Source: Candidatus Krumholzibacteriota bacterium | GTDB taxonomy: Bacteria > Krumholzibacteriota > Krumholzibacteriia > LZORAL124-64-63 | NCBI GenBank assembly: GCA_039714075.1 | Contig: JBDLKA010000081.1 | Span: forward strand, 1 to 16,733 | Length of the DNA stretch: 16,733 nt | Direction of reading: 5' to 3' | Part shown: piece by piece, positions 6,752 through 14,954 of the stretch | Layout of the letters: each line of letters begins with the position of its first letter | Position numbering within the stretch: position 1 is the stretch's first letter | The notes under the pieces: generated by a model | What the model was told of the DNA's origin: nothing | The model's database searches: none | The model's input: the letters and a program-made list of their open reading frames with translations, nothing else | Translations under genes and position numbers: made by a program

Positions 6752-8316
6752 CGGTCTTCCCTTTCGGCCATGTAGTCCAGGATCTTGCTGGCCGGCAACC
6801 GGCGGGTGCTGGGGCCCAGGCGGATGAAGAATTTTTCCTCGTCGCCGTTGCGGAGAAACACCGGGTCGGGACAGCGGTCGCAATTGATCAGGAAGAGGCG
6901 CCCGGCCGGGGCGGAACGGAAATTCCCGCTGATGTAGCCGGCGAATTCCAGCCCCACGTGCTGTTTGATCAGGTTATCGAAGTGGAGCAGGAATTTGTCG
7001 TCGTTGGCGAACTTGTCGGCTTCCAGACCCAGGACCTCTCCGTCGTCGTCGACGCCGATCAACAGGAAGCCGCCGTCGGTATTCAGATAGGCCACCACGG
7101 ATTTCAGCCAGGCGAGTTCGATTTCCTTGCCGGGCTTGTCCGCGCGCAGGTTCCAGCGCATGGTGGACTTGAATTCGACCTGGGATGTTTCGCCGCCGGC
7201 GATGAGCGCCGCGACCGCTGCTTCATCGGCCGGGGCCCGTCGTTTGCGGCGGGCGAACCGCTGCCACTTGTTGCGGTAGTCGAAGGCGAGCGCGACGACC
7301 GCGACCATCGCCAGGGCCAGCAGTCCCGCGAAAAGCAGGGTCACCTTGCCGGTCACGGTTTCCAGGCGGCGGCTCAGGTCGTCCGCGGGGGCGATCAGGC
7401 CCAGCTGCCCGGGATCGGTGCCCTCCTCCGAGGTGAAAAAGGTGGCCCACCAGGTCTGTCCCGCCTGCCGGAAGCGGAACGGGGTCCGGAAGGGCCGGTC
7501 GCGTTTTCCCCATTCGATCAGGGCCGAACTGATGACCGCGTGTTCCGGCAGTCCGGACACCAGAAGCTCGCCGGTGCTGGCGGTGTCGAGGGCATGACCG
7601 CCCCGGGGCGAAAGCCAGATGATGCGCCCTTCCTCGGTGCGGCGCACCAGGATACCGTTTTCGGTGATCGGAGCGGTGGCCGCAAACCGGTCCAGATCGT
7701 TTTTGAGCAGGCCCAAGGCCACCACGGTGCCGCCTGCGGCCCGGGCGGCGACCAGACCACTGCGCCCATCGCCGGGCAGCGGTCCGTATTCCGACCAGTG
7801 GACCGGGTCGCGGCCCGTTCCCGCCCGGGCCGCGGCATACCATTCCTGATCCCGGCACCCCTGACCCGTGGAGTCCGCCCGGCCCGCCACCCAGCCGTCG
7901 CCGGATCTGACCTGGCGGAACACCGGTCCGGTTGCGGGAATCACGTAGACGGTGGCGGCCTGGCCAGTGGGGTCCACCAGGGGAATCAGCAGGGATCGCA
8001 GCCGGGCGGGGTCGGCGGGATCGAGCAGACCCGCCTCCTGCCAGGTTTCCATGGTGGCCAGATGGTTCCCGAAGGGCGCCAGATAGGCGCGGAACTGGTT
8101 GCGCGTGGCCTCGAGTTTCTCCTGCAGGATCCGGGCGTAGACCGACCGCTGGACCTGAAGCTCGCGGATGGTGACATAACCGGTGGCGGCCACGCCGAGA
8201 ATGATCAGGATGGTGACCGCGGCGACCAGGGGCCGGGCCGCACGGCGTTTGGGCTTCCTGGTGGTGGCTGGTTGTCCGTCAGACAAGGCATCTGTTCCTT
8301 CGTTCGCGATCCGCAT
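6748..8316 (-). CDS. Transmembrane sensor: TM - Cache-like extracytoplasmic domain - TM - Schlafen/AlbA_2 domain
   Basis: 522 aa (alternative TTG start at 8286 with AAGGA 9 nt upstream). TM1 is LVAAVTILIILGVAATGYVTI. Cache-like segment RDQEWYAAA..WSEY..GLVAARA. TM2 is VTLLFAGLLALAMVAVVALAF. AlbA_2 signature GETSQVEFKS..VVAYLNTDGGFLLIGVDDDG..FFIRLGPSTRRL. Confidence 0.85.
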   Translation of the reverse strand: MRIANEGTDALSDGQPATTRKPKRRAARPLVAAVTILIILGVAATGYVTIRELQVQRSVYARILQEKLEATRNQFRAYLAPFGNHLATMETWQEAGLLDPADPARLRSLLIPLVDPTGQAATVYVIPATGPVFRQVRSGDGWVAGRADSTGQGCRDQEWYAAARAGTGRDPVHWSEYGPLPGDGRSGLVAARAAGGTVVALGLLKNDLDRFAATAPITENGILVRRTEEGRIIWLSPRGGHALDTASTGELLVSGLPEHAVISSALIEWGKRDRPFRTPFRFRQAGQTWWATFFTSEEGTDPGQLGLIAPADDLSRRLETVTGKVTLLFAGLLALAMVAVVALAFDYRNKWQRFARRKRRAPADEAAVAALIAGGETSQVEFKSTMRWNLRADKPGKEIELAWLKSVVAYLNTDGGFLLIGVDDDGEVLGLEADKFANDDKFLLHFDNLIKQHVGLEFAGYISGNFRSAPAGRLFLINCDRCPDPVFLRNGDEEKFFIRLGPSTRRLPASKILDYMAEREDR

Positions 8317-8336
8317 AAGATGGTGATTCCGGGACG

Positions 8337-8365
8337 ATACTATTTTCCGGCCCCGCTGGGCACAA
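8337..8365 (-). promoter_or_regulatory. Putative promoter for the sensor-Schlafen unit
   Basis: The minus strand reads TTGTGC-N17-TAGTAT immediately after the 8365-8396 terminator. Confidence 0.35.
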
Positions 8366-8396
8366 AAAAGCCCCGGGTTTCCGCCCGGGGCTTTTT
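8365..8396 (-). terminator. Intrinsic terminator of the S9 peptidase gene (symmetrical, potentially bidirectional)
   Basis: aaaaagccccggg-tttccg-cccggggcttttt, ~20 nt past the stop at 8416. Confidence 0.9.
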
Positions 8397-8415
8397 CTGT
8401 TCCGTGGCAGTCCGG

Positions 8416-10881
8416 TCAGGAACCCTCGACCTCCTTGGCCTCCAGCGTGCGCGGCCCGGCGTTCTTCACGTAGCGGTCCAGCCAGGTGGTGGTTTCCCAG
8501 AGCAGGTGCATCAGCGATTCCCGCGCCCGGTAGCCGTGGCTTTCGTGGGGCAGCATCACCAGCCGCGCCGTGGCGCCGTGGCCTTTCAGGGCGCCGTACA
8601 TGCGCTCGCTCTGCATGGGGTAGGTGCCGGCGTTGTTGTCGGCCTCGCCGTGCACCAGCAGGATCGGTTCGTTGATCTTGTCGGCGTGCATGAAGGGCGA
8701 CATCGCGAAATAGATTTTGGGCACTTCCCACAAAGAGCGCTCTTCGGCCTGGAAACCGAAGGGCGTCAGGGTGCGGTTGTAGGCACCGCTGCGGGGCAGA
8801 CCCAGCCGGAACAGATCGCTGTGGGCCAGCAGGTTGGCGGCCATGAAGGCTCCGTAGCTGTGGCCACCGATGGCGATCCGGTCGCGGTCCGCCACCCCGC
8901 GCTCGACCACCAGGTCGACCGCGGCCTGGGCGCTGGCGACCAGCTGCTCGATGAAGGTGTCGTTGGACTCCTCGTCACCCTCGCCCACGATGGGCATGGT
9001 CGGGTCGTCGAACACGGCGTAACCCTGGGTCAGGTAGAGCATGGGCGATCCCCACCAGACACGCGTGAAGCGGTAGGGGGAATCGGTCACCTGGCCCGCG
9101 TCCTTCTTGCTCTTGAACTCGGTGGGGTAGGCCCACATCAAGGTCGGCAGGGGTCCGTCGCGGTCCTTGTCGTAGCCCGCGGGCAGGTACAGGGTGCCCG
9201 TCAGTGAAACACCATCGGCGCGCTCGTAGGTGATCATTTCCTTGCTGGCGCCGGCCAGCTGGGGGTTGGGGTCGGGAAAGAAGGTCTTCTGCTCCAGCGC
9301 ATCCTTTTTCAGGTCGCGCAGCCAGTAGTTGGGCGGGTCGGTCTGCGATTCGCGCCGGGTCAGGACCTGGCGCCCCTTGACGTTGACCAGTTCCACGGGA
9401 CGCTCGAAAAAGGGCGCCTCGCTGCGGAACAGTCGGGCGGTCTCGCCGGTCGACAGGCTGTAGGCGTCCAGGAAGGGGCGGTCGCCTTCCTCGCTGGCGC
9501 CGTCGCCGATCAGGAAGATGGTGTCGCCGCCGTCGGCGGTCAGGATCACGTTCCGGCCGAATTTCCCATAATGCATGATGGGCTGGCCGGGGTCGGCGTA
9601 CCGGTCCTGCCACGACCGGTCCTGGATCTTGGCGGGGGCAAAACCTCGGTCGTCGGGCTTGACGTGCCAGACCTTCACATTGCGGGTCTTCCACCACCAG
9701 CTGACCACGAAGGCCAGGTCGCCGTCGCCCCAGGTGACGCCGCCGTAGCGCTGGGCCAGGGTCATCATCGGTTCGGGCTCGCCGTTGAAGGGGGCTTTCA
9801 GGGTGAAGACGCGGTCGCGTTCGGCCGCTTCCACACCGCCATCGCCGCCGTCGAGGGCCTCGACCCAGCACAACTCGGCCGCCGCGTCGGCGCGCCAGGT
9901 GAACGAGCGCCGACCGGTGGGCACCGAGCCGAAACTGATCGGCACCTGATCCTGCAGCGGCAGGTCGGCCACCAGGTAGACCAGTTCGCCCTTCAGGTTC
10001 CAGATTTCGACCTTCTTGGGAAAGTCGTCCTCCTGCAGGGAGTAGGAGTAGGGGCGCCGGACCATCTGGACCATGACGTATTTGCCGTCGGGGGAAGGGC
10101 TTACGGACCTGAAAATGGCCGGGTCACCCAGGTTGTCGACCTTTCCTTTCAGGTCCAGACGCACCAGCTGGCTGGTCGTGTAGTAGTCGTAGAGGGATTC
10201 GTCGTAGGGATTCTGCAGCAGATCCTGCAGGGTGCGCGCGGGAGCTTTCTTGCCCAGGTTTTCCTGGATGACCGGTCCGACGGGGGTGGCCGGTTCGGCG
10301 GGAGCGTCGCCGCGTCCGGCGGGAAGGGTCCGGGCCACGAAACTCTTTCCGTCCGCCAACCAGTTGTAGGGCCGGCCGTAGACCCCGTTGAGAGTCATGT
10401 CCTCGGGAGTCACGCGCACGGCCTGACCGTTCTTCAGCTCAGCGTACCAAAGGGTCAGTTTGTCCGCGGAGGTCACCACGAAGGCGATGCGTTTTCCGTC
10501 GGGGGCCCAGCTGACGCTGGTGATGCGGGCTTCGTCAGGCAACCCGGTGACTTCGATCTCCTCGCCGTCGGACAGCTTCCGGAAGGTCAGGCCGCTGAGG
10601 CTGCGCTCACGGCTGGGTCCGTTGCTGCGGGGGTTGATGCGCAACCCCGCCAGGCGCAGTTCGGGCTGGGCCACTTCGGAAATGGGCGGGTACCCGGGAC
10701 GTTCGAGGAGCAGCAGCCATTCGTTGTCGGGGCTGAGGTAGACGCCAGGTGTGGGCGGTGCATCGATGATGTCGGCCAGCACCTGGTCCGGCATCTGGTA
10801 GGCGAGGGCGTCGCCTTCGGCCAGGGCGGGGGTCGTGGCCGACAGCAACAACAGCGGAATCAGAAGGACGGATCGACGCAT
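8416..10881 (-). CDS. Secreted/periplasmic S9 (prolyl oligopeptidase family) serine peptidase, glutamyl-endopeptidase-like
   Basis: 821 aa with a signal peptide and an N-terminal propeller region (WAPDGKR, SPSPDGKY). Catalytic triad motifs are GGHSYGAFM, HGEADNN and PHESHGY. GAGGAG RBS upstream. Confidence 0.92.
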   Translation of the reverse strand: MRRSVLLIPLLLLSATTPALAEGDALAYQMPDQVLADIIDAPPTPGVYLSPDNEWLLLLERPGYPPISEVAQPELRLAGLRINPRSNGPSRERSLSGLTFRKLSDGEEIEVTGLPDEARITSVSWAPDGKRIAFVVTSADKLTLWYAELKNGQAVRVTPEDMTLNGVYGRPYNWLADGKSFVARTLPAGRGDAPAEPATPVGPVIQENLGKKAPARTLQDLLQNPYDESLYDYYTTSQLVRLDLKGKVDNLGDPAIFRSVSPSPDGKYVMVQMVRRPYSYSLQEDDFPKKVEIWNLKGELVYLVADLPLQDQVPISFGSVPTGRRSFTWRADAAAELCWVEALDGGDGGVEAAERDRVFTLKAPFNGEPEPMMTLAQRYGGVTWGDGDLAFVVSWWWKTRNVKVWHVKPDDRGFAPAKIQDRSWQDRYADPGQPIMHYGKFGRNVILTADGGDTIFLIGDGASEEGDRPFLDAYSLSTGETARLFRSEAPFFERPVELVNVKGRQVLTRRESQTDPPNYWLRDLKKDALEQKTFFPDPNPQLAGASKEMITYERADGVSLTGTLYLPAGYDKDRDGPLPTLMWAYPTEFKSKKDAGQVTDSPYRFTRVWWGSPMLYLTQGYAVFDDPTMPIVGEGDEESNDTFIEQLVASAQAAVDLVVERGVADRDRIAIGGHSYGAFMAANLLAHSDLFRLGLPRSGAYNRTLTPFGFQAEERSLWEVPKIYFAMSPFMHADKINEPILLVHGEADNNAGTYPMQSERMYGALKGHGATARLVMLPHESHGYRARESLMHLLWETTTWLDRYVKNAGPRTLEAKEVEGS

Positions 10882-11280
10882 CGCAAAACTCCTCGTTTCA
10901 GGGAAGAGAGTGGGAAGATGTCAGCATAGCCGTTCGCACATACAAAGGGAATCTACGAATCTCCGCACGGATCGTTTCGGGAATGGTTCCGAAATCGGAT
11001 TAATTACCTGATGACCATGCCGGGTTTCTGAACCGGGTTGGGGCAAAACACACCGCGAGGGGTGTCTGGCGACAATATATTTATGGTCAAAACACTGGAA
11101 GTCCTCGATGGAAAACTTAACACGTTGAAAACAAAGGAATTGAGTTGAAAAAGTGCCCCCGGGGACACTTCTACCGATCAAACCTGTTGAAAATAAACGA
11201 GATTCATTTCAAGCCCAGGTATCTCCACTCCAGGTATATTCACTTGCTGATATCCGGAAAGATTACGAATACCAATTTAA

Positions 11281-11313
11281 ATATTGCGGATCAATATCCC
11301 ACAATGTTAGTAT
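11281..11313 (+). promoter_or_regulatory. Putative promoter of the oxidase operon with an overlapping inverted repeat
   Basis: TTGCGG (11284-11289)-N18-TAGTAT (11308-11313) with a TG-N extension. ATATTG-N5-CAATAT (11281-11297) overlaps the -35. Confidence 0.4.
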
Positions 11314-11510
11314 GAGTTGAAATTCAATTGAATCCCATTCTCACTTGAATGGTTCTACGGTTTCGCGAACCGAAAACCGCGAATTTCCAACGAATCCAGA
11401 AATCTCCGGCAAAACCCGCCGGACCGGTTCGGCCCCAGGGGGCCCTCCGCCACGGTGTGTGGCGGACGAATGACGACAAGGCGAGCGAGGAAAGGACCGG
11501 TGTGGAAGTG

Positions 11511-12323
11511 ATGATGAAGATGAAGACGACGGCCAAAACAACGGTGACGGCGGCGGTGCTGGCTGTCCTTTTCGCCGGCCCGGCAGCCGCCCAGCTCAAC
11601 GAGGACGCGGTCGAATTCACCGAACACCTGGGCGAGTACGTTCCCGGCGACATCACCCTGCGTGATGAAACCGGGCAGCCGGTCGTTCTGTCCGAGTTCG
11701 TGGACCGGCCGACCATCGTGTCGATGGTCTATTTCGAATGTCCGGGCATCTGCACGCCGCTTCTGAACGAGGTGGCGGACATTCTGGGCAAGAGCAACCT
11801 CGATCCCGACAAGCAGCCGTTCCAGTTGGTGAGTATCAGCTTCGAGCCCAAGGACACGCCCGAGATGGCGCGGCTGAAGCAGGAAAACTACCTGAATCTG
11901 GTCGGCCGCGAGCTGCCCAAGGACACCTGGCGGTTTTTCACCGCCGACCAGGAAAACATCGACAAGATGACCACCGCCCTCGGTTTCGCCTACAAGCGCG
12001 CGGGTAAGGAATACACGCATCCGGGCGGCCTGGTGATCCTGTCGCCGGACCGGAAGATCGTGCGCTATCTGTACGGTCTGCAGTTTCTGCCTTTCGATTT
12101 CCAGATGGGCGTCTACGAAGCGTCCCAGGGCAAGGTGCGGCCCACCACCGCCCGGCTGCTGAACTTCTGCTTCAGCTACGACCCGGAGGGGCGCACCTAC
12201 GTCTTCAATCTGGCGCGGGTGATCGGCACCGTGATGCTGATCTCCATCGTCTTCTTCATTGGATTCCTCGTTTTCACCACCCGCGGCAAACGCGGGAAGG
12301 AGGCTTTGCCCGATGGCCGATAG
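11511..12323 (+). CDS. sco: SCO1/SenC family copper chaperone
   Basis: Signal peptide (..AAVLAVLFAGPAAA), CPGIC (CxxxC), conserved His in YTHPGG and a C-terminal TM helix. The start is uncertain between GTG 11502, GTG 11508 and ATG 11511-11520; the 11349 start in the ORF track is unlikely. Confidence 0.92.
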   Translation: MMKMKTTAKTTVTAAVLAVLFAGPAAAQLNEDAVEFTEHLGEYVPGDITLRDETGQPVVLSEFVDRPTIVSMVYFECPGICTPLLNEVADILGKSNLDPDKQPFQLVSISFEPKDTPEMARLKQENYLNLVGRELPKDTWRFFTADQENIDKMTTALGFAYKRAGKEYTHPGGLVILSPDRKIVRYLYGLQFLPFDFQMGVYEASQGKVRPTTARLLNFCFSYDPEGRTYVFNLARVIGTVMLISIVFFIGFLVFTTRGKRGKEALPDGR

Positions 12324-13971
12324 CACCGCTACCGCCACGGGGGCTTACGGCACCACCGGAAGCTACCTGGACACACCCGCAGGCGGCGGCCTGAAGAGCT
12401 GGCTGACCACCGTGGACCACAAGAAGATCGGCCTGATGTACGCCGCGGCCATGTTCACCTTTTTTCTGGTGGGCATTTCGCTGGGTTTCCTGATCCGCCT
12501 CGAACTACTGGAACCGGGCACCCAGTTCGTCAGCGCCCGGGCCTACAACTCGATCTTCACCCTGCACGGCGTGATCATGATCTTCCTGTTCATCGTGCCC
12601 GGGATTCCGGCCATTCTGGGCAACTTCGTTTTGCCGCTGCAACTGGGAGCCGACGACGTGGCCATGCCCCGGCTGAACCTGATGAGCTGGTACGTGTACA
12701 TGATCGGGGCGGTGATGGCCCTGCTCTCGCTGGTGACCGGCGGCGGGGTTGCGGACACGGGCTGGACCTTCTACGCGCCGTATTCGCTGAACACCAACAC
12801 CAACGTATCGCTGGCGGTGCTGGCGGCGTTCGTCCTGGGCTTCAGCTCCATCATGACGGGCATGAATTTCATCACCACCATCCACCGGCTGCGCGCCCCG
12901 GGCATGGGCTTTTTCCGGATGCCCCTGTTCTGCTGGGGACTGTACGCCACCAGCTGGATCCAGGTCATCGCCACGCCGGTGGTCGGCATCACCCTGCTGC
13001 TGGTGTTCATGGAGCGCACCCTGGGCATCGGGTTCTTCGATCCCGCCCGCGGCGGCGACCCCATCCTGTACCAGCACCTGTTCTGGATCTACTCGCACCC
13101 GGTGGTGTACGTGATGATCCTGCCCGCGATGGGCATCATCTCCGAGATCCTGCCCGCGTTCGCCCGGCGGACGATCTTCGGCTACAGGGCCATCGCCATT
13201 TCGTCCATGGCCATCGCGGTCGTGGGCTACCTGGTCTGGGGCCATCACATGTACACCGCCGGGATGAGCGACACCGCGCGGTGGATCTTCAGCATCCTGA
13301 CCTTCTTCGTGGCCATTCCCACGGGGGTGAAGGTCTTCAACTGGATCGCCACCCTGTACCGGGGTTCGATCGAGATCCGGGTGCCGCTGTTGTACGCGTG
13401 CGGCTGGATCTTCCTGTTTTCCATCGGCGGTTTGACCGGGCTGGCCAACGGCGCCCTGTCGACGGACATCCACCTGCACGACACCGCCTACATCGTGGGT
13501 CACTTCCACTACACGATGTTCGGCGGTGCGGCCATCGGCATGTTCGCCGGGCTGCACTTCTGGTGGCCCAAGATCTGGGGCCGCATGTACAACGAGAAGG
13601 TTGCGACCTGGGCCTGGATCCTGATCATGGTCGGCTTCAACCTGACGTATTTTTCGATGCTGATCGTGGGCATCATGGGCATGCCGCGGCGCTACCAGGA
13701 CTACCTGCCCCAGTTCAGCGACCTGAACATGTTGTCGACCGTAGGTTCCTGGATCCTGGTGGCCGGCCTGCTGACGATGATCTTCAACCTGGTGAGAGCC
13801 ATCCGCAACGGAAGTCCCGCGCCCGCCAATCCCTGGGGCGCCACCACCCTCGAGTGGCAGACCACCTCGCCGCCGCCGCTGTTGAACTTCGCGTCGCCGC
13901 CGACGGTGGACACCGGTCCCTACGATTTCACGGAGATCCTCAGGCAGAATAATGTCCAGGAGGGAACGTAA
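12313..13971 (+). CDS. coxA: Cytochrome c oxidase subunit I (A2-type heme-copper oxidase)
   Basis: ATG at 12313 with a GAAGGAGG RBS; 552 aa. Motifs TVDHKKIG, TLHG, GWTFYAP, FWIYSHPVVY, WGHHM, PTGVK, GHFHY and GMPRRY. Confidence 0.97.
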   Translation: MADSTATATGAYGTTGSYLDTPAGGGLKSWLTTVDHKKIGLMYAAAMFTFFLVGISLGFLIRLELLEPGTQFVSARAYNSIFTLHGVIMIFLFIVPGIPAILGNFVLPLQLGADDVAMPRLNLMSWYVYMIGAVMALLSLVTGGGVADTGWTFYAPYSLNTNTNVSLAVLAAFVLGFSSIMTGMNFITTIHRLRAPGMGFFRMPLFCWGLYATSWIQVIATPVVGITLLLVFMERTLGIGFFDPARGGDPILYQHLFWIYSHPVVYVMILPAMGIISEILPAFARRTIFGYRAIAISSMAIAVVGYLVWGHHMYTAGMSDTARWIFSILTFFVAIPTGVKVFNWIATLYRGSIEIRVPLLYACGWIFLFSIGGLTGLANGALSTDIHLHDTAYIVGHFHYTMFGGAAIGMFAGLHFWWPKIWGRMYNEKVATWAWILIMVGFNLTYFSMLIVGIMGMPRRYQDYLPQFSDLNMLSTVGSWILVAGLLTMIFNLVRAIRNGSPAPANPWGATTLEWQTTSPPPLLNFASPPTVDTGPYDFTEILRQNNVQEGT

Positions 13972-14621
13972 TGAGTTCCGAATCAGCTCACGCCATTGAT
14001 CAGGCAATTGACCAGGCGCCGGGCCACGTGGTCCACGCCGACCCTGAAGCCGGCAAAACCGGCATGTGGCTGTTCCTGTTCACGGAACTGCTGCTGTTCG
14101 GCGGGCTGTTCCTGATCTACGGGGTCTACCGCTCCATGCACGAAGGCGCCTTCCACCACGCGGCCGCCGAACTGAACGTGGCCATGGGCGTGACCAACAC
14201 CATCGTGCTTCTGACCAGCAGCCTGACCATGGTCATGGCGGTCAGTTCTTTGCAGCGGAACCAGGCCAAGCGCAGCCTGGGCTTTTTGACCGCCACCCTG
14301 GCGTTGTCGGCGACCTTCCTGGTGATCAAGTACTTCGAGTGGAGCGCCAAACATCACCACGGCATCTTTCCGGGCATGGATCACCTGCACGAGCTGCCGC
14401 ACGGGGAAGGGCTGTTCTTCAACCTGTATTTCATGATGACCGGACTGCACGGCGTCCATGTGGTCATCGGCATGATCGTGATGCTGGTCGTGCTGGCCAA
14501 GATCCGTTCCGGCGCCGTGCACGGGGGCAGCTACGGCATCCTCGAGTACACCGGGCTCTACTGGCATCTGGTGGATCTGATCTGGATCTTTTTGCTGCCG
14601 CTGTTCTACCTGACCACCTAA
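13971..14621 (+). CDS. coxC: Cytochrome c oxidase subunit III
   Basis: 216 aa with a TAATG overlap with coxA. Motifs GMWLFLFTE, NTIVLLTSS, TGLHGVHV and YWHLVDLIWIF. Confidence 0.95.
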   Translation: MSSESAHAIDQAIDQAPGHVVHADPEAGKTGMWLFLFTELLLFGGLFLIYGVYRSMHEGAFHHAAAELNVAMGVTNTIVLLTSSLTMVMAVSSLQRNQAKRSLGFLTATLALSATFLVIKYFEWSAKHHHGIFPGMDHLHELPHGEGLFFNLYFMMTGLHGVHVVIGMIVMLVVLAKIRSGAVHGGSYGILEYTGLYWHLVDLIWIFLLPLFYLTT

Positions 14622-14645
14622 CCGGGGTTCGAGAGAGGATTTGAG

Positions 14646-14945
14646 ATGAGCAACTCCAACGCAGCCGCGGCCAAACCCCATGTCCTGCCGGACGGCCTCT
14701 TTGTCATGGTCTGGGTCGCATTGTTGGTCCTGACCGCCATTACGGTGGGCGGGTCGGTTTTCTTTCCGGGAAAAATCGGGATCCTGGTGGCCATGATCGT
14801 CACGCCGATCAAGGCTGCCCTTATTCTCATGTACTTCATGCACCTGAAGTACGAGAAGGCGGGGTTCGTGGCCATGTTCCTGGTGGCGGTGGGGATCCTG
14901 AGCATCTTCATCGGATTGACATTCTTCGATTACCTTCTTCGATAA
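14646..14945 (+). CDS. coxD: Cytochrome c oxidase subunit IV (prokaryotic CtaF/CoxD)
   Basis: 99 aa with three TM helices and KAALILMYFMHLKYE. Confidence 0.9.
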   Translation: MSNSNAAAAKPHVLPDGLFVMVWVALLVLTAITVGGSVFFPGKIGILVAMIVTPIKAALILMYFMHLKYEKAGFVAMFLVAVGILSIFIGLTFFDYLLR

Positions 14946-14954
14946 GGGCTGAAA

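Noticed and set aside
1118..10929. Long plus-strand ORFs (1118..2488, 2412..4553, 4893..6458, 6739..9207, 9571..10929)
   Set aside because: They are antisense shadows of well-supported minus-strand genes, expected with high GC3, and show no recognisable motifs.
10921..11181. 86-aa minus-strand ORF in the intergenic region
   Set aside because: No clear RBS, atypical codon usage and no motif. It lies in AT-rich promoter DNA.
11124..11322. GTTGAAA repeats as a degenerate CRISPR array (resembling the ATTGAAA repeat end)
   Set aside because: Only 7-10 bp are shared, spacing is irregular (20/42/130 bp) and there are no cas genes.
11281..11345. FNR or Fur boxes upstream of the oxidase operon
   Set aside because: TTGcggATCAA has the wrong spacing for TTGAT-N4-ATCAA, and the Fur-like half-site has a poor partner. 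Kept only as unassigned palindromes.
13992..14018. Short tandem repeat AIDQAIDQA at the coxC N-terminus
   Set aside because: It is an in-frame 12-bp duplication in a variable tail with no evident function.
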